A stretch of DNA of 64,000 bases from Lingula anatina (taxonomy: Eukaryota; Animalia; Brachiopoda). The notes beneath the pieces are model-generated. The model did not search any database. It saw nothing but the letters and a program-made list of their open reading frames with translations, and had not been told where the DNA came from. Positions 1-13,670 of the stretch are shown one piece after another; positions within the stretch are counted from its first letter, which is position 1, and the number at the start of each line of letters is the position of its first letter. The DNA is taken from the NCBI GenBank assembly GCA_051362555.1, contig CM120648.1, positions 14,194,587-14,258,586 of the forward strand. Direction: 5' to 3'. Position numbers and translations under genes: made by a program.

Positions 1-112
1 AAACACACACACACACACACTTGCAGACAGGCACAAATGATGTCATCACTGAGATTATATGAAGACAACGTAGCATATGACTAGATGTATAAATTCCATC
101 TCTCTCTCTCTA

Positions 113-144
<32 letters not shown>

Positions 145-381
145 ACACGCACACCAAGTCTTCTTTGAGATTAAGTGAAGACACAGAAGCATGACACAAT
201 GTTATAGTTCTAAACAGATATTCTCCCTGTTCGATTCATACAGCTTTCAATATCAGCATGATTTCATACCTTTATTTTGTTTAGTTTTTTACATAAATTT
301 TGAAGTTTATGAAGCTTTTAACACTAAATTCTCAAACACAAAAAAGGTCCACTCCTTCGATAAAAGACCCCTCCTCCCCTT

Positions 382-1380
382 TTGAAATTGCTTGCTAAGG
401 GGCCTGCTGTGAGATGTGTTCAGAACACTGGGGTCAATACTCTGCTACAGCAACCACCGACTCGAGCACTGGTGATAAAGCAGACCTTGAAGGCATGTGT
501 GGTGGAAATGCAAAGGGACACTGAGCCAACACTTGAGAAATACTGCATTTTACCAGGTGATTCATATGCATTAAAGGGCTACCAACCTACCTCACAGTAA
601 TATCCCTCCAGTTCTACTGAAATTCATAGCCAACCATGCATCACCTCAGTCTCGGACAGAATTCATGTGCACTGGCCAAAGTATCCTGGAGCTCTGGGAT
701 GTTTTCTAGACAACTGAAAATGGACAATTAAAAACTGATTAACAGACTCAATGACGATGTTAAGCGGCAGTGTGCTATGAAATTTTCCCTGTATATATCA
801 GGCAGGTGCTGGGGATGTGAACATGATGATAAAAAACTGACCTATACCAGTGATGCCATGATAGAATGTTACCATGTGAACCATAACTTGTGCATAACAT
901 GAGGCAAGTCATTCACATATGCCAGGGTACAAATAGGTACCATTGGAACAAGCCCATGCTACCAGATGGCTACAGGCTACATATGACTGATGAGGAGAAA
1001 GATAAATTAAGACAAGCTATTGGCTACAAAATAGACAGAAATGCAGTATGTGCTCTTTCAGCAATTTAATAGTAACAGCCAGAAGCAGAAGCAGGGAACC
1101 ACTGATACTAATACATCAACAAACCCAAAATGTGTCACCATGTCAAGGAATTTCAGTGGCAGCTTGGACACGCGGTGCAGTCGTCAAGGTGAACAATGGA
1201 CCAGGCCAGTCTACAGTGCAACTTGTGGGTCATTCTGGGGCCATCCTTGTCCACAATTCCTGTGTTCGGCGTTAGCTGAAAAGTGAAGATGAACAAGTGA
1301 AAATGAGAAAGGACTTTTAAATACAAGCCAAATACATGCAAAACAAGAACTGTTTTGAGAAAATATCTAATGTATGACTC
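382..1380 (+). pseudogene. Decayed DDE transposase core (Kolobok-type / 'Mutator-like transposase' domain), unit 1
   Basis: Frames stitched across shifts give YCIL(P/A/D)GDS...HLSLGQN...WSSGMF...RLNDDVKRQC...AGDVNMMIKKLTYTSDAMIECY..NHNLC...HWNKPMLP..YRLHMTDEEKDKLRQAI...FNSNSQK(A)EAGNH...TNPKCVTMSRNFSG..GAVVKVNNGPGQS. This is the motif order I recall for animal Kolobok-type transposases. Multiple stops and frameshifts. Confidence 0.75.
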
Positions 1381-1629
1381 AAGACCAAGTAAAGTTATCA
1401 GTACAGAAAAGATATATGCATGACAAGCTGCCACAGAAATCCATTAGATGCCATCCAGATCAGAATAATAAAAAACATACTGAATTTTATACATACACTG
1501 TTGTCTGTTAGTTATTCATTAAATTGTTTTTTATGGATTGGGGGTGAAAGGTAGGGTTGATTTTAAAGTAACACTTAAAAGATTTGGCCAAATTTTAAGG
1601 GTCACACTTAAAAAAGTGGGGTTAATTTT

Positions 1630-1700
1630 ATGGTTAGGGTAAGGGTAAGACATAGGGCTAGACTTAGGGCTAGCTAGGATAAAGATTAGGGTTAGCCTTA
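1630..1700 (+). repeat. Degenerate TTAGGG-like G-rich tract, present in each full-length unit
   Basis: ggttagggtaagggtaagacatagggctagacttagggctagctaggataaagattagggttagcc; resumes after the MITE as ttgggcttaatgttagggtaatg. Confidence 0.6.
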
Positions 1701-1920
1701 GGGACCATTCCCAGTCTATCTCCCTGGGGAGTTTATTAAATTCCCATCCACTTAAAGGGCTTAAATGTCTGTCACGCCTTGTAAAACAGTTAGGGGGTAA
1801 TTACTTTACCCTCTAGCTGATTAAGACATTTAAGCTGGTTAAGTTGACAGTAATCTAGTGAGACTCCCCAGGGAGTTAGATCGATCCATATGCATCGGTC
1901 TGAGCATGAGAACCCAGTCC
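1701..1920. mobile_element. ~220-235 bp foldback MITE embedded in each full-length unit (Harbinger/Tourist-like, tentative)
   Basis: Internal inverted arms (ctccctggggagt / actccccagggag; cttaaatgtct / agacatttaag) flanked by tta...taa. A free-standing copy lies outside the array at 58446-58679. Confidence 0.7.
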
Positions 1921-2875
1921 TAAAAGTTGGGCTTAATGTTAGGGTAATGATTAAAGGTAGGTTTACAGGACATACTTCAGATATTGCTCAGTGCAGGACA
2001 CATAAATGTGTTTTGATATTGATCCATTTTAAGCATTACAGTTGCCATAGAAATGTAAAAAACATGCCATCCACTTTCCCTCTAGGTTACAAACCACTAT
2101 AAAAAATCCCATTCACTTTCATTGTAATGTTAATTCTTTCCTTGCTTCAACAAACACTTCCACCTACAACCTAAACAGTATACCTTACCAGTATAGCCAT
2201 CCAGTCATAATAATTTCATTGTAAGTATGGTAACACAGTTTTTTTTCATAACGTTTGTGGTGGCAGTGCACAAAGCAGTTTTCTTGTCAATTTTGATGCA
2301 ATATTACATACTGATTAAAAGTGAAATTACCACCAACTAAAATATCTAGCATAAATAACATGAATGTGTAGAAAATTTGATTTTTATTCAGTTTCATGCT
2401 CGTGAGAGTTCAAAGTCCCATGGTGAAAATGCCAATAAATTTCACAAAAATGTATAACTTAAGAAAAAGAAGCCAATTAACACTGCCTTTCCAACTCAGG
2501 CTGCATTTTAGTCCTAATTACTGTAAATACACTTATTGTGTCTGTATATAAAAATCAAGATACATGTATCTTATCAGCATAGCCTCCCAGTCACAAGAAC
2601 TTTACTGTAAGGTGCTGCCCCCAAGCAGATGAAAAAAGCACTAAAATGCAGCAGAGGGGAGGGTATGCAAAACTGACTGCAGGCAGTAAAATATCACCTT
2701 GAAATAGAAAATAACACACCAAACTAAAAGAAAATGAACAAATTAATTCCTATAATTCATTAAAAAGCTTTCAAATAATCTGAAATAGAGGAAAAACCTC
2801 AATTTTCCCTTGTATGCAAATCTTCTTGCCTCAAAATTATCAAATAAGGCTGACCAAAAAGTGATGTATAATGTC

Positions 2876-3004
2876 TATCTCTCTCTTACACACACACACA
2901 CACACATACACACACACACTTGCAGACAAGCACAAATGATGTCATCACTGAGATTATATGAAGACAACCTAGCATATGACTAGATGTATAAATTCCATCT
3001 CTCT

Positions 3005-3036
<32 letters not shown>

Positions 3037-3050
3037 CACACATGCACACA
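2876..3050. repeat. (CT)n/(CA)n microsatellite block bracketing an ~80-bp unique core; present in 1 or 2 copies at every unit junction
   Basis: [CA]n-TTGCAGACA..CACAAATGATGTCATCACTGAG...AAATTCCAT-[CT]n-AA-[CA]n. Doubled at 5867-6197, ~12036-12341 and ~20620-20990. Confidence 0.9.
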
Positions 3051-3386
3051 CCAAGTCTTCTTTGAGATTAAGTGAAGACACAGAAGCATGACACAATGTT
3101 ATAGTTCTAAACAGATATTCTCCCTGTTCACGTTGGCCTATGTGTTATGTAGAGCATTAAATTAATTGTAATGTTATGACAATACTTGATAAGATGAACA
3201 CTTGTTTCTTTTAAATTTCTTCTGTTTTTGACTTTCGATTCATACAGCTTTCAATATCAGCATGATTTCATACCTTTATTTTGTTTAGTTTTTTACATAA
3301 ATTTTGAAGTTTATGAAGCTTTTAACACTAAATTCTCAAACACAAAAAAGGTCCACTCCTTCGATAAAAGACCCCTCCTCCCCTTT

Positions 3387-4372
3387 TGAAATTGCTTGCT
3401 AAGGGGCCTGCTGTGAGATGTGTTCGAACACTGGGGTCTCTACTCTGCTACAGCAACCACCGCCTTGAGCACTGGTGTTAAAGCAGACCTTGAAGGCATG
3501 TGTGGTGGAAATGCAAAGGGACACTGAGCCAACACTTGAGAAATACTGCATTTTACCAGGTGATTCATATGCATTAAAGGGCTACCAACCTACCTCACAG
3601 TAATATCCCTCCAGTCCTACTGAAATTCATAGCCAACCATCACCTCAGTCTCGGACAGAATTCATGTGCACTGGCCAAAGTATCCTGGAGCTCTGAGATG
3701 TTTTCTAGACAACTGAAAATGGACAATTAAAAACTGATTAACAGACTCAATGACGATGTTAAGCGGCAGTGTGCTATGAAATTTTCCCTGCAGGCAGGTG
3801 CTGGGGATGTGAACATGATGATAAAAAACTGACCTATACCAGTGATGCCATGATAGAATGTTACCATGTGAACCATAACTTGTGCATAACATGAGGCAAG
3901 TCATTCACATATGCCAGGGTACAAATAGGTACCATTGGAACAAGCCCATGCTACCAGATGGCTACAGGCTACATATGACTGATGAGGAGAAAGATAAATT
4001 AAGACAAGCTATTGGCTACAAAATAGACAGAAATGCAGTATGTGCTCTTTCAGCAATTTAATAGTAACAGCCAGAAGCAGAAGCAGGGAACCACTGATAC
4101 TAATACATCAACAAACCCAAAATGTGTCACCATGTCAAGGAACTTCAGTGGCAGCTTGGACACGCGGTGCAGTCGTCAAGGTGAACAATGGACCAGGCCA
4201 GTCTACAGTGCAACTTGTGGGTCATTCTGGGGCCATCCTTGTCCACAATTCCTGTGTTCGGCGTTAGCTGAAAAGTGAAGATGAACAAGTGAAAATGAGA
4301 AAGGACTTTTAAATACAAGCCAAATACATGCAAAACAAGAACTGTTTTGAGAAAATATCTAATGTATGACTC
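3387..4372 (+). pseudogene. Decayed Kolobok-type transposase core, unit 2
   Basis: Near-identical to 382-1380; carries a short deletion (ttccctgcaggcagg) shared with unit 7. Confidence 0.72.
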
Positions 4373-5868
4373 AAGACCAAGTAAAGTTATCAGTACAGAA
4401 AAGATATATGCATGACAAGCTGCCACAGAAATCCATTAGATGCCATCCAGATCAGAATAATAAAATAATAAACATACTGAATTTTATACATACACTGTTG
4501 TCTGTTATTTATTCATTAAATTGTTTTTTATGGATTGGGGGTGAAAGGTAGGGTTGATTTTAAAGTAACACTTAAAAGATTTGGCCAAATTTTAAGGGTC
4601 ACACTTAAAAAAGTGGGGTTAATTTTATGGTTAGGGTAAGGGTAAGACATAGGGCTAGACTTAGGGCTAGCTAGGATAAGGATTAGGGTTAGCCTTAGGG
4701 ACCATTCCCAGTCTATCTCCCTGGGGAGTTTACTAAATTCCCATCAACTTAAAGGGCTTAAATGTCTGTCACGCCTTGTAAAACTGTTAGGGGGTAATTA
4801 CTTTACCCTCTAGCTGATTAAGACATTTAAGCTGGTTAAGTTGACAGTAATCTAGTGAGACTCCCCAGGGAGTTAGATCGATCCATATGGATCGGTCTGA
4901 GCATGAGAACCCAGTCCTAAAAGTTGGGCTTAATGTTAGGGTAATGATTAAAGGTAGGTTTACAGGACATACTTCAGATATTGCTCAGTGCAGGACACAT
5001 AAATGTGTTTTGATATTGATCCATTTTAAGCATTACAGTTGCCATAGAAATGTAAAAAACATGCCATCCACTTTCCCTCTAGGTTACAAACCACTAGAAA
5101 AAATCCCATTCACTTTCATTGTAATGTTTAATTCTTTCCTTGCTTCAACAAACACTTCCACCTACAACCTAAACAGTATACCTTACCAGTATAGCCTTCC
5201 AGTCATAATAATTTCATTGTAAGTATGGTAACACAGTTTTTTTCATAACATTTGTGGTGGCAGTGCACAAAGCAGTTTTCTTGTCAATTTTGATGCAATA
5301 TTACATACTGATTAAAAGTGAAATTACCACCAACTAAAATATCTAGCATAAATAACATGAATGTGTAGAAAATTTGATTTTTATTCAGTTTCATGCTCGT
5401 GAGAGTTCAAAGTCCCATGGTGAAAATGCCAATAAATTTCACAAAAATGTATAACTTAAGAAAAAGAAGCCAATTAACACTGCCTTTCCAACTCAGGCTG
5501 CATTTTAGTCCTAATTACTGTAAATACACTTATTGTGTCTGTATATAAAAATCAAGATATCTTATCAGCATAGCCTCCCAGTCACAAGAACTTTACTGTA
5601 AGGTGCTGCCCCCAAGCAGATGAAAAAAGCACTAAAATGCAGCAGAGGGGAGGGTATGCAAAACTGACTGCAGGCAGTAAAATATCACCTTGAAATAGAA
5701 AATAACACACCAAACTAAAAGAAAATAAACAAATTAATTCCTATAATTCATTAAAAAGCTTTCAAACAATCTGAAATAGAGGAAAAACCTCAATTTTCCC
5801 TTGTATGCAAATCTTCTTGCCTCAAAATTATCAAATAAGGCTGACCAAAAAGTGATGTATAATGTCTA

Positions 5869-5914
<46 letters not shown>

Positions 5915-6128
5915 TTGCAGACAGGCACAAATGATGTCATCACTGAGATTATATGAAGACAACGTAGCATATGACTAGATGTATAAATTCCATCTCTCTC
6001 TCTCTCTAACACACACACACACAGACACACACACACACTTGCAGACAGACACAAATGATGTCATCACTGAGATTATATGAAGACAACGTAGCATATGACT
6101 AGATGTATAAATTCCATCTCTCTCTCTC

Positions 6129-6199
<71 letters not shown>

Positions 6200-6532
6200 A
6201 AGTCTTCTTTGAGATTAAGTGAAGACACAGAAGCATGACACAATGTTATAGTTCTAAACAGATATTCTCCCTGTTCACGTTGGCCTATGTGTTATGTAGA
6301 GCATTAAATTAATTGTAATGTTATGACAATACTTGATAAGATGAACACTTGTTTCTTTTAAATTTCTTCTGTTTTTGACTTTCGATTCATACAGCTTTCA
6401 ATATCAGCATGATTTCATACCTTTATTTTGTTTAGTTTTTTACATAAATTTTGAAGTTTATGAAGCTTTTAACACTAAATTCTCAAACACAAAAAAGGTC
6501 CACTCCTTCGATAAAAGACCCCTCCTCCCCTT

Positions 6533-7526
6533 TTGAAATTGCTTGCTAAGGGGCCTGCTGTGAAATGTGTTCGAACACTGGGGTCAATACTATGCTACAG
6601 CAACCACCAACTCGAGCACTGGTGATAAAGCAGACCTTGAAGGCATGTGTGGTGGAAATGCAAAGGGACACTGAGCCAACACTTGAGAAATACTGCATTT
6701 TAGCAGGTGATTCATATGCACTAAAGGGCTACCAATCTACCTCACAGTAATATCCCTCCAGTCCTACTGAAATTCATAGCCAACCATCACCTCAGTCTTG
6801 GACAGAATTCATGTGCACTGGCCAAAGTATCCTGGAGCTCTGGGATGTTTTCTAGACAACTGAAAATGGACAATTAAAAACTGATTAACAGACTCAATGA
6901 CGATGTTAAGCGGCAGTGTGCTATGAAATTTTCCCTGTATATATCAGGCAGGTGCTGGGGATGTGAACATGATGATAAAAAACTGACCTATACCAGTGAT
7001 GCCATGATAGAATGTTACCATGTGAACCATAACTTGTGCATAACATGAGGCAAGTCATTCACATATGCCAGGGTACAAATAGGTACCATTGGAACAAGCC
7101 CATGCTACCAGATGGCTACAGGCTACATATGACTGATGAGGAGAAAGATAAATTAAGACAAGCTATTGGCTACAAAATAGACAGAAATGCAGTATGTGCT
7201 CTTTCAGCAATTTAATAGTAACAGCCAGAAGCAGAAGCAGGGAACCACTGATACTAATACATCAACAAACCCAAAATGTGTCACCATGTCAAGGAACTTC
7301 AGTGGCAGCTTGGACACGCGGTGCAGTCGTCAAGGTGAACAATGGACCAGGCCAGTCTACAGTGCAACTTGTGGGTCATTCTGGGGCCATCCTTGTCCAC
7401 AATTCCTGTGTTCGGCGTTAGCTGAAAAGTGAAGATGAACAAGTGAAAATGAGAAAGGACTTTTAAATACAAGCCAAATACATGCAAAACAAGAACTGTT
7501 TTGAGAAAATATCTAATGTATGACTC
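6533..7526 (+). pseudogene. Decayed Kolobok-type transposase core, unit 3
   Basis: Same motif string as unit 1. Confidence 0.72.
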
Positions 7527-9018
7527 AAGACCAAGTAAAGTTATCAGTACAGAAAAGATATATGCATGACAAGCTGCCACAGAAATCCATTAGATGCCAT
7601 CCAGATCAGAATAATAATAAACATACTGAATTTTATACATACACTGTTGTCTGTTATTTATTCATTAAATTGTTTTTTATGGATTGGGGGTGAAAGGTAG
7701 GGTTGATTTTAAAGTAACACTTAAAAGATTTGGCCAAATTTTAAGGGTCACACTTAAAAAAGTGGGGTTAATTTTATGGTTAGGGTAAGGGTAAGACATA
7801 GGGCTAGACTTAGGGCTAGCTAGGATAAGGATTAGGGTTAGCCTTAGGGACCATTCCCAGTCTATCTCCCTGGGGAGTTTACTAAATTCCCATCAACTTA
7901 AAGGGCTTAAATGTCTGTCACGCCTTGTAAAACTGTTAGGGGGTAATTACTTTACCCTCTAGCTGATTAAGACATTTAAGCTGGTTAAGTTGACAGTAAT
8001 CTAGTGAGACTCCCCAGGGAGTTAGATCGATCCATATGGATCGGTCTGAGCATGAGAACCCAGTCCTAAAAGTTGGGCTTAATGTTAGGGTAATGATTAA
8101 AGGTAGGTTTACAGGACATACTTCAGATATTGCTCAGTGCAGGACACATAAATGTGTTTTGATATTGATCCATTTTAAGCATTACAGTTGCCATAGAAAT
8201 GTAAAAAACATGCCATCCACTTTCCCTCTAGGTTACAAACCACTAGAAAAAATCCCATTCACTTTCATTGTAATGTTTAATTCTTTCCTTGCTTCAACAA
8301 ACACTTCCACCTACAACCTAAACAGTATACCTTACCAGTATAGCCTTCCAGTCATAATAATTTCATTGTAAGTATGGTAACACAGTTTTTTTTCATAACA
8401 TTTGTGGTGGCAGTGCACAAAGCAGTTTTCTTGTCAATTTTGATGCAATATTACATACTGATTAAAAGTGAAATTACCACCAACTAAAATATCTAGCATA
8501 AATAACATGAATGTGTAGAAAATTTGATTTTTATTCAGTTTCATGCTCGTGAGAGTTCAAAGTCCCATGGTGAAAATGCCAATAAATTTCACAAAAATGT
8601 ATAACTTAAGAAAAAGAAGCCAATTAACACTGCCTTTCCAACTCAGGCTGCACTTTAGTCCTAATTACTGTAAATACACTTATTGTGTCTGTATATAAAA
8701 ATCAAGATATCATTTCAGCATAGCCTCCCAGTCACAAGAACTTTACTGTAAGGTGCTGCCCCCAAGCAGATGAAAAAAGCACTAAAATACAGCAGAGGGG
8801 AGGGTATGCAAAACTGACTGCAGGCAGTAAAATATCACCTTGAAATAGAAAATAACACACCAAACTAAAAGAAAATAAACAAATTAATTCCTATAATTCA
8901 TTAAAAAGCTTTCAAACAATCTGAAATAGAGGAAAAACCTCAATTTTCCCTTGTATGCAAATCTTCTTGCCTCAAAATTATCAAATAAGGCTGACCAAAA
9001 AGTGATGTATAATGTCTA

Positions 9019-9074
<56 letters not shown>

Positions 9075-9164
9075 TTGCAGACAGGCACAAATGATGTCAT
9101 CACTGAGATTATATGAAGACAACGTAGCATATGACTAGATGTATAAATTCCATCTCTCTCTCTC

Positions 9165-9219
<55 letters not shown>

Positions 9220-9552
9220 AAGTCTTCTTTGAGATTAAGTGAAGACACAGAAGCATGACACAATGTTATAGTTCTAAACAGATATTCTCCCTGTTCACGT
9301 TGGCCTATGTGTTATGTAGAGCATTAAATTAATTGTAATGTTATGACAATACTTGATAAGATGAACACTTGTTTCTTTTAAATTTCTTCTGTTTTTGACT
9401 TTCGATTCATACAGCTTTCAATATCAGCATGATTTCATACCTTTATTTTGTTTAGTTTTTTACATAAATTTTGAAGTTTATGAAGCTTTTAACACTAAAT
9501 TCTCAAACACAAAAAAGGTCCACTCCTTCGATAAAAGACCCCTCCTCCCCTT

Positions 9553-10546
9553 TTGAAATTGCTTGCTAAGGGGCCTGCTGTGAAATGTGTTCGAACACTG
9601 GGGTCAATACTATGCTACAGCAACCACCAACTCGAGCACTGGTGATAAAGCAGACCTTGAAGGCATGTGTGGTGGAAATGCAAAGGGACACTGAGCCAAC
9701 ACTTGAGAAATACTGCATTTTAGCAGGTGATTCATATGCACTAAAGGGCTACCAATCTACCTCACAGTAATATCCCTCCAGTCCTACTGAAATTCATAGC
9801 CAACCATCACCTCAGTCTTGGACAGAATTCATGTGCACTGGCCAAAGTATCCTGGAGCTCTGGGATGTTTTCTAGACAACTGAAAATGGACAATTAAAAA
9901 CTGATTAACAGACTCAATGACGATGTTAAGCGGCAGTGTGCTATGAAATTTTCCCTGTATATATCAGGCAGGTGCTGGGGATGTGAACATGATGATAAAA
10001 AACTGACCTATACCAGTGATGCCATGATAGAATGTTACCATGTGAACCATAACTTGTGCATAACATGAGGCAAGTCATTCACATATGCCAGGGTACAAAT
10101 AGGTACCATTGGAACAAGCCCATGCTACCAGATGGCTACAGGCTACATATGACTGATGAGGAGAAAGATAAATTAAGACAAGCTATTGGCTACAAAATAG
10201 ACAGAAATGCAGTATGTGCTCTTTCAGCAATTTAATAGTAACAGCCAGAAGCAGAAGCAGGGAACCACTGATACTAATACATCAACAAACCCAAAATGTG
10301 TCACCATGTCAAGGAACTTCAGTGGCAGCTTGGACACGCGGTGCAGTCGTCAAGGTGAACAATGGACCAGGCCAGTCTACAGTGCAACTTGTGGGTCATT
10401 CTGGGGCCATCCTTGTCCACAATTCCTGTGTTCGGCGTTAGCTGAAAAGTGAAGATGAACAAGTGAAAATGAGAAAGGACTTTTAAATACAAGCCAAATA
10501 CATGCAAAACAAGAACTGTTTTGAGAAAATATCTAATGTATGACTC
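9553..10546 (+). pseudogene. Decayed Kolobok-type transposase core, unit 4
   Basis: Appears identical to unit 3 by eye. Confidence 0.72.
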
Positions 10547-12038
10547 AAGACCAAGTAAAGTTATCAGTACAGAAAAGATATATGCATGACAAGCTGCCAC
10601 AGAAATCCATTAGATGCCATCCAGATCAGAATAATAATAAACATACTGAATTTTATACATACACTGTTGTCTGTTATTTATTCATTAAATTGTTTTTTAT
10701 GGATTGGGGGTGAAAGGTAGGGTTGATTTTAAAGTAACACTTAAAAGATTTGGCCAAATTTTAAGGGTCACACTTAAAAAAGTGGGGTTAATTTTATGGT
10801 TAGGGTAAGGGTAAGACATAGGGCTAGACTTAGGGCTAGCTAGGATAAGGATTAGGGTTAGCCTTAGGGACCATTCCCAGTCTATCTCCCTGGGGAGTTT
10901 ACTAAATTCCCATCAACTTAAAGGGCTTAAATGTCTGTCACGCCTTGTAAAACTGTTAGGGGGTAATTACTTTACCCTCTAGCTGATTAAGACATTTAAG
11001 CTGGTTAAGTTGACAGTAATCTAGTGAGACTCCCCAGGGAGTTAGATCGATCCATATGGATCGGTCTGAGCATGAGAACCCAGTCCTAAAAGTTGGGCTT
11101 AATGTTAGGGTAATGATTAAAGGTAGGTTTACAGGACATACTTCAGATATTGCTCAGTGCAGGACACATAAATGTGTTTTGATATTGATCCATTTTAAGC
11201 ATTACAGTTGCCATAGAAATGTAAAAAACATGCCATCCACTTTCCCTCTAGGTTACAAACCACTAGAAAAAATCCCATTCACTTTCATTGTAATGTTTAA
11301 TTCTTTCCTTGCTTCAACAAACACTTCCACCTACAACCTAAACAGTATACCTTACCAGTATAGCCTTCCAGTCATAATAATTTCATTGTAAGTATGGTAA
11401 CACAGTTTTTTTTCATAACATTTGTGGTGGCAGTGCACAAAGCAGTTTTCTTGTCAATTTTGATGCAATATTACATACTGATTAAAAGTGAAATTACCAC
11501 CAACTAAAATATCTAGCATAAATAACATGAATGTGTAGAAAATTTGATTTTTATTCAGTTTCATGCTCGTGAGAGTTCAAAGTCCCATGGTGAAAATGCC
11601 AATAAATTTCACAAAAATGTATAACTTAAGAAAAAGAAGCCAATTAACACTGCCTTTCCAACTCAGGCTGCACTTTAGTCCTAATTACTGTAAATACACT
11701 TATTGTGTCTGTATATAAAAATCAAGATATCATTTCAGCATAGCCTCCCAGTCACAAGAACTTTACTGTAAGGTGCTGCCCCCAAGCAGATGAAAAAAGC
11801 ACTAAAATACAGCAGAGGGGAGGGTATGCAAAACTGACTGCAGGCAGTAAAATATCACCTTGAAATAGAAAATAACACACCAAACTAAAAGAAAATAAAC
11901 AAATTAATTCCTATAATTCATTAAAAAGCTTTCAAACAATCTGAAATAGAGGAAAAACCTCAATTTTCCCTTGTATGCAAATCTTCTTGCCTCAAAATTA
12001 TCAAATAAGGCTGACCAAAAAGTGATGTATAATGTCTA

Positions 12039-12092
<54 letters not shown>

Positions 12093-12308
12093 TTGCAGAC
12101 AGGCACAAATGATGTCATCACTGAGATTATATGAAGACAACGTAGCATATGACTAGATGTATAAATTCCATCTCTCTCTCTCTCTAACACACACACACAC
12201 AGACACACACACACACACTTGCAGACAGACACAAATGATGTCATCACTGAGATTATATGAAGACAACGTAGCATATGACTAGATGTATAAATTCCATCTC
12301 TCTCTCTC

Positions 12309-12343
<35 letters not shown>

Positions 12344-12676
12344 AAGTCTTCTTTGAGATTAAGTGAAGACACAGAAGCATGACACAATGTTATAGTTCTA
12401 AACAGATATTCTCCCTGTTCACGTTGGCCTATGTGTTATGTAGAGCATTAAATTAATTGTAATGTTATGACAATACTTGATAAGATGAACACTTGTTTCT
12501 TTTAAATTTCTTCTGTTTTTGACTTTCGATTCATACAGCTTTCAATATCAGCATGATTTCATACCTTTATTTTGTTTAGTTTTTTACATAAATTTTGAAG
12601 TTTATGAAGCTTTTAACACTAAATTCTCAAACACAAAAAAGGTCCACTCCTTCGATAAAAGACCCCTCCTCCCCTT

Positions 12677-13670
12677 TTGAAATTGCTTGCTAAGGGGCCT
12701 GCTGTGAGATGTGTTCGAACACTGGGGTCAATACTATGCTACAGCAACCACCAACTCCAGCACTGGTGATAAAGCAGACCTTGAAGGCATGTGTGGTGGA
12801 AATGCAAAGGGACACTGAGCCAACACTTGAGAAATACTGCATTTTAGCAGGTGATTCATATGCACTAAAGGGCTACCAATCTACCTCACAGTAATATCCC
12901 TCCAGTCCTACTGAAATTCATAGCCAACCATCACCTCAGTCTTGGACAGAATTCATGTGCACTGGCCAAAGTATCCTGGAGCTCTGGGATGTTTTCTAGA
13001 CAACTGAAAATGGACAATTAAAAACTGATTAACAGACTCAATGACGATGTTAAGCGGCAGTGTGCTATGAAATTTTCCCTGTATATATCAGGCAGGTGCT
13101 GGGGATGTGAACATGATGATAAAAAACTGACCTATACCAGTGATGCCATGATAGAATGTTACCATGTGAACCATAACTTGTGCATAACATGAGGCAAGTC
13201 ATTCACATATGCCAGGGTACAAATAGGTACCATTGGAACAAGCCCATGCTACCAGATGGCTACAGGCTACATATGACTGATGAGGAGAAAGATAAATTAA
13301 GACAAGCTATTGGCTACAAAATAGACAGAAATGCAGTATGTGCTCTTTCAGCAATTTAATAGTAACAGCCAGAAGCAGAAGCAGGGAACCACTGATACTA
13401 ATACATCAACAAACCCAAAATGTGTCACCATGTCAAGGAACTTCAGTGGCAGCTTGGACACGCGGTGCAGTCGTCAAGGTGAACAATGGACCAGGCCAGT
13501 CTACAGTGCAACTTGTGGGTCATTCTGGGGCCATCCTTGTCCACAATTCCTGTGTTCGGCGTTAGCTGAAAAGTGAAGATGAACAAGTGAAAATGAGAAA
13601 GGACTTTTAAATACAAGCCAAATACATGCAAAACAAGAACTGTTTTGAGAAAATATCTAATGTATGACTC
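12677..13670 (+). pseudogene. Decayed Kolobok-type transposase core, unit 5
   Basis: Same motif string as unit 1. Confidence 0.72.

Noticed and set aside
1041-1434. Recurrent 75-93 aa ORFs (MQYVLFQQ..., MCSFSNL..., MAACHAY...) as a multicopy small-protein gene family
   Set aside because: They recur only because the DNA is tandemly duplicated; they are frame fragments or the antisense of the transposase relic.
2400-2870. Possible N-terminal part of the transposase, or a His-Me nuclease/long direct repeat as in KolobokP
   Set aside because: I could not recover convincing motifs or a TIR pair by eye; left open for a profile search.
4887-5222. 111-aa ORF MDRSEHENP...
   Set aside because: Starts inside a MITE, is truncated or interrupted in other units and has no recognisable motif.
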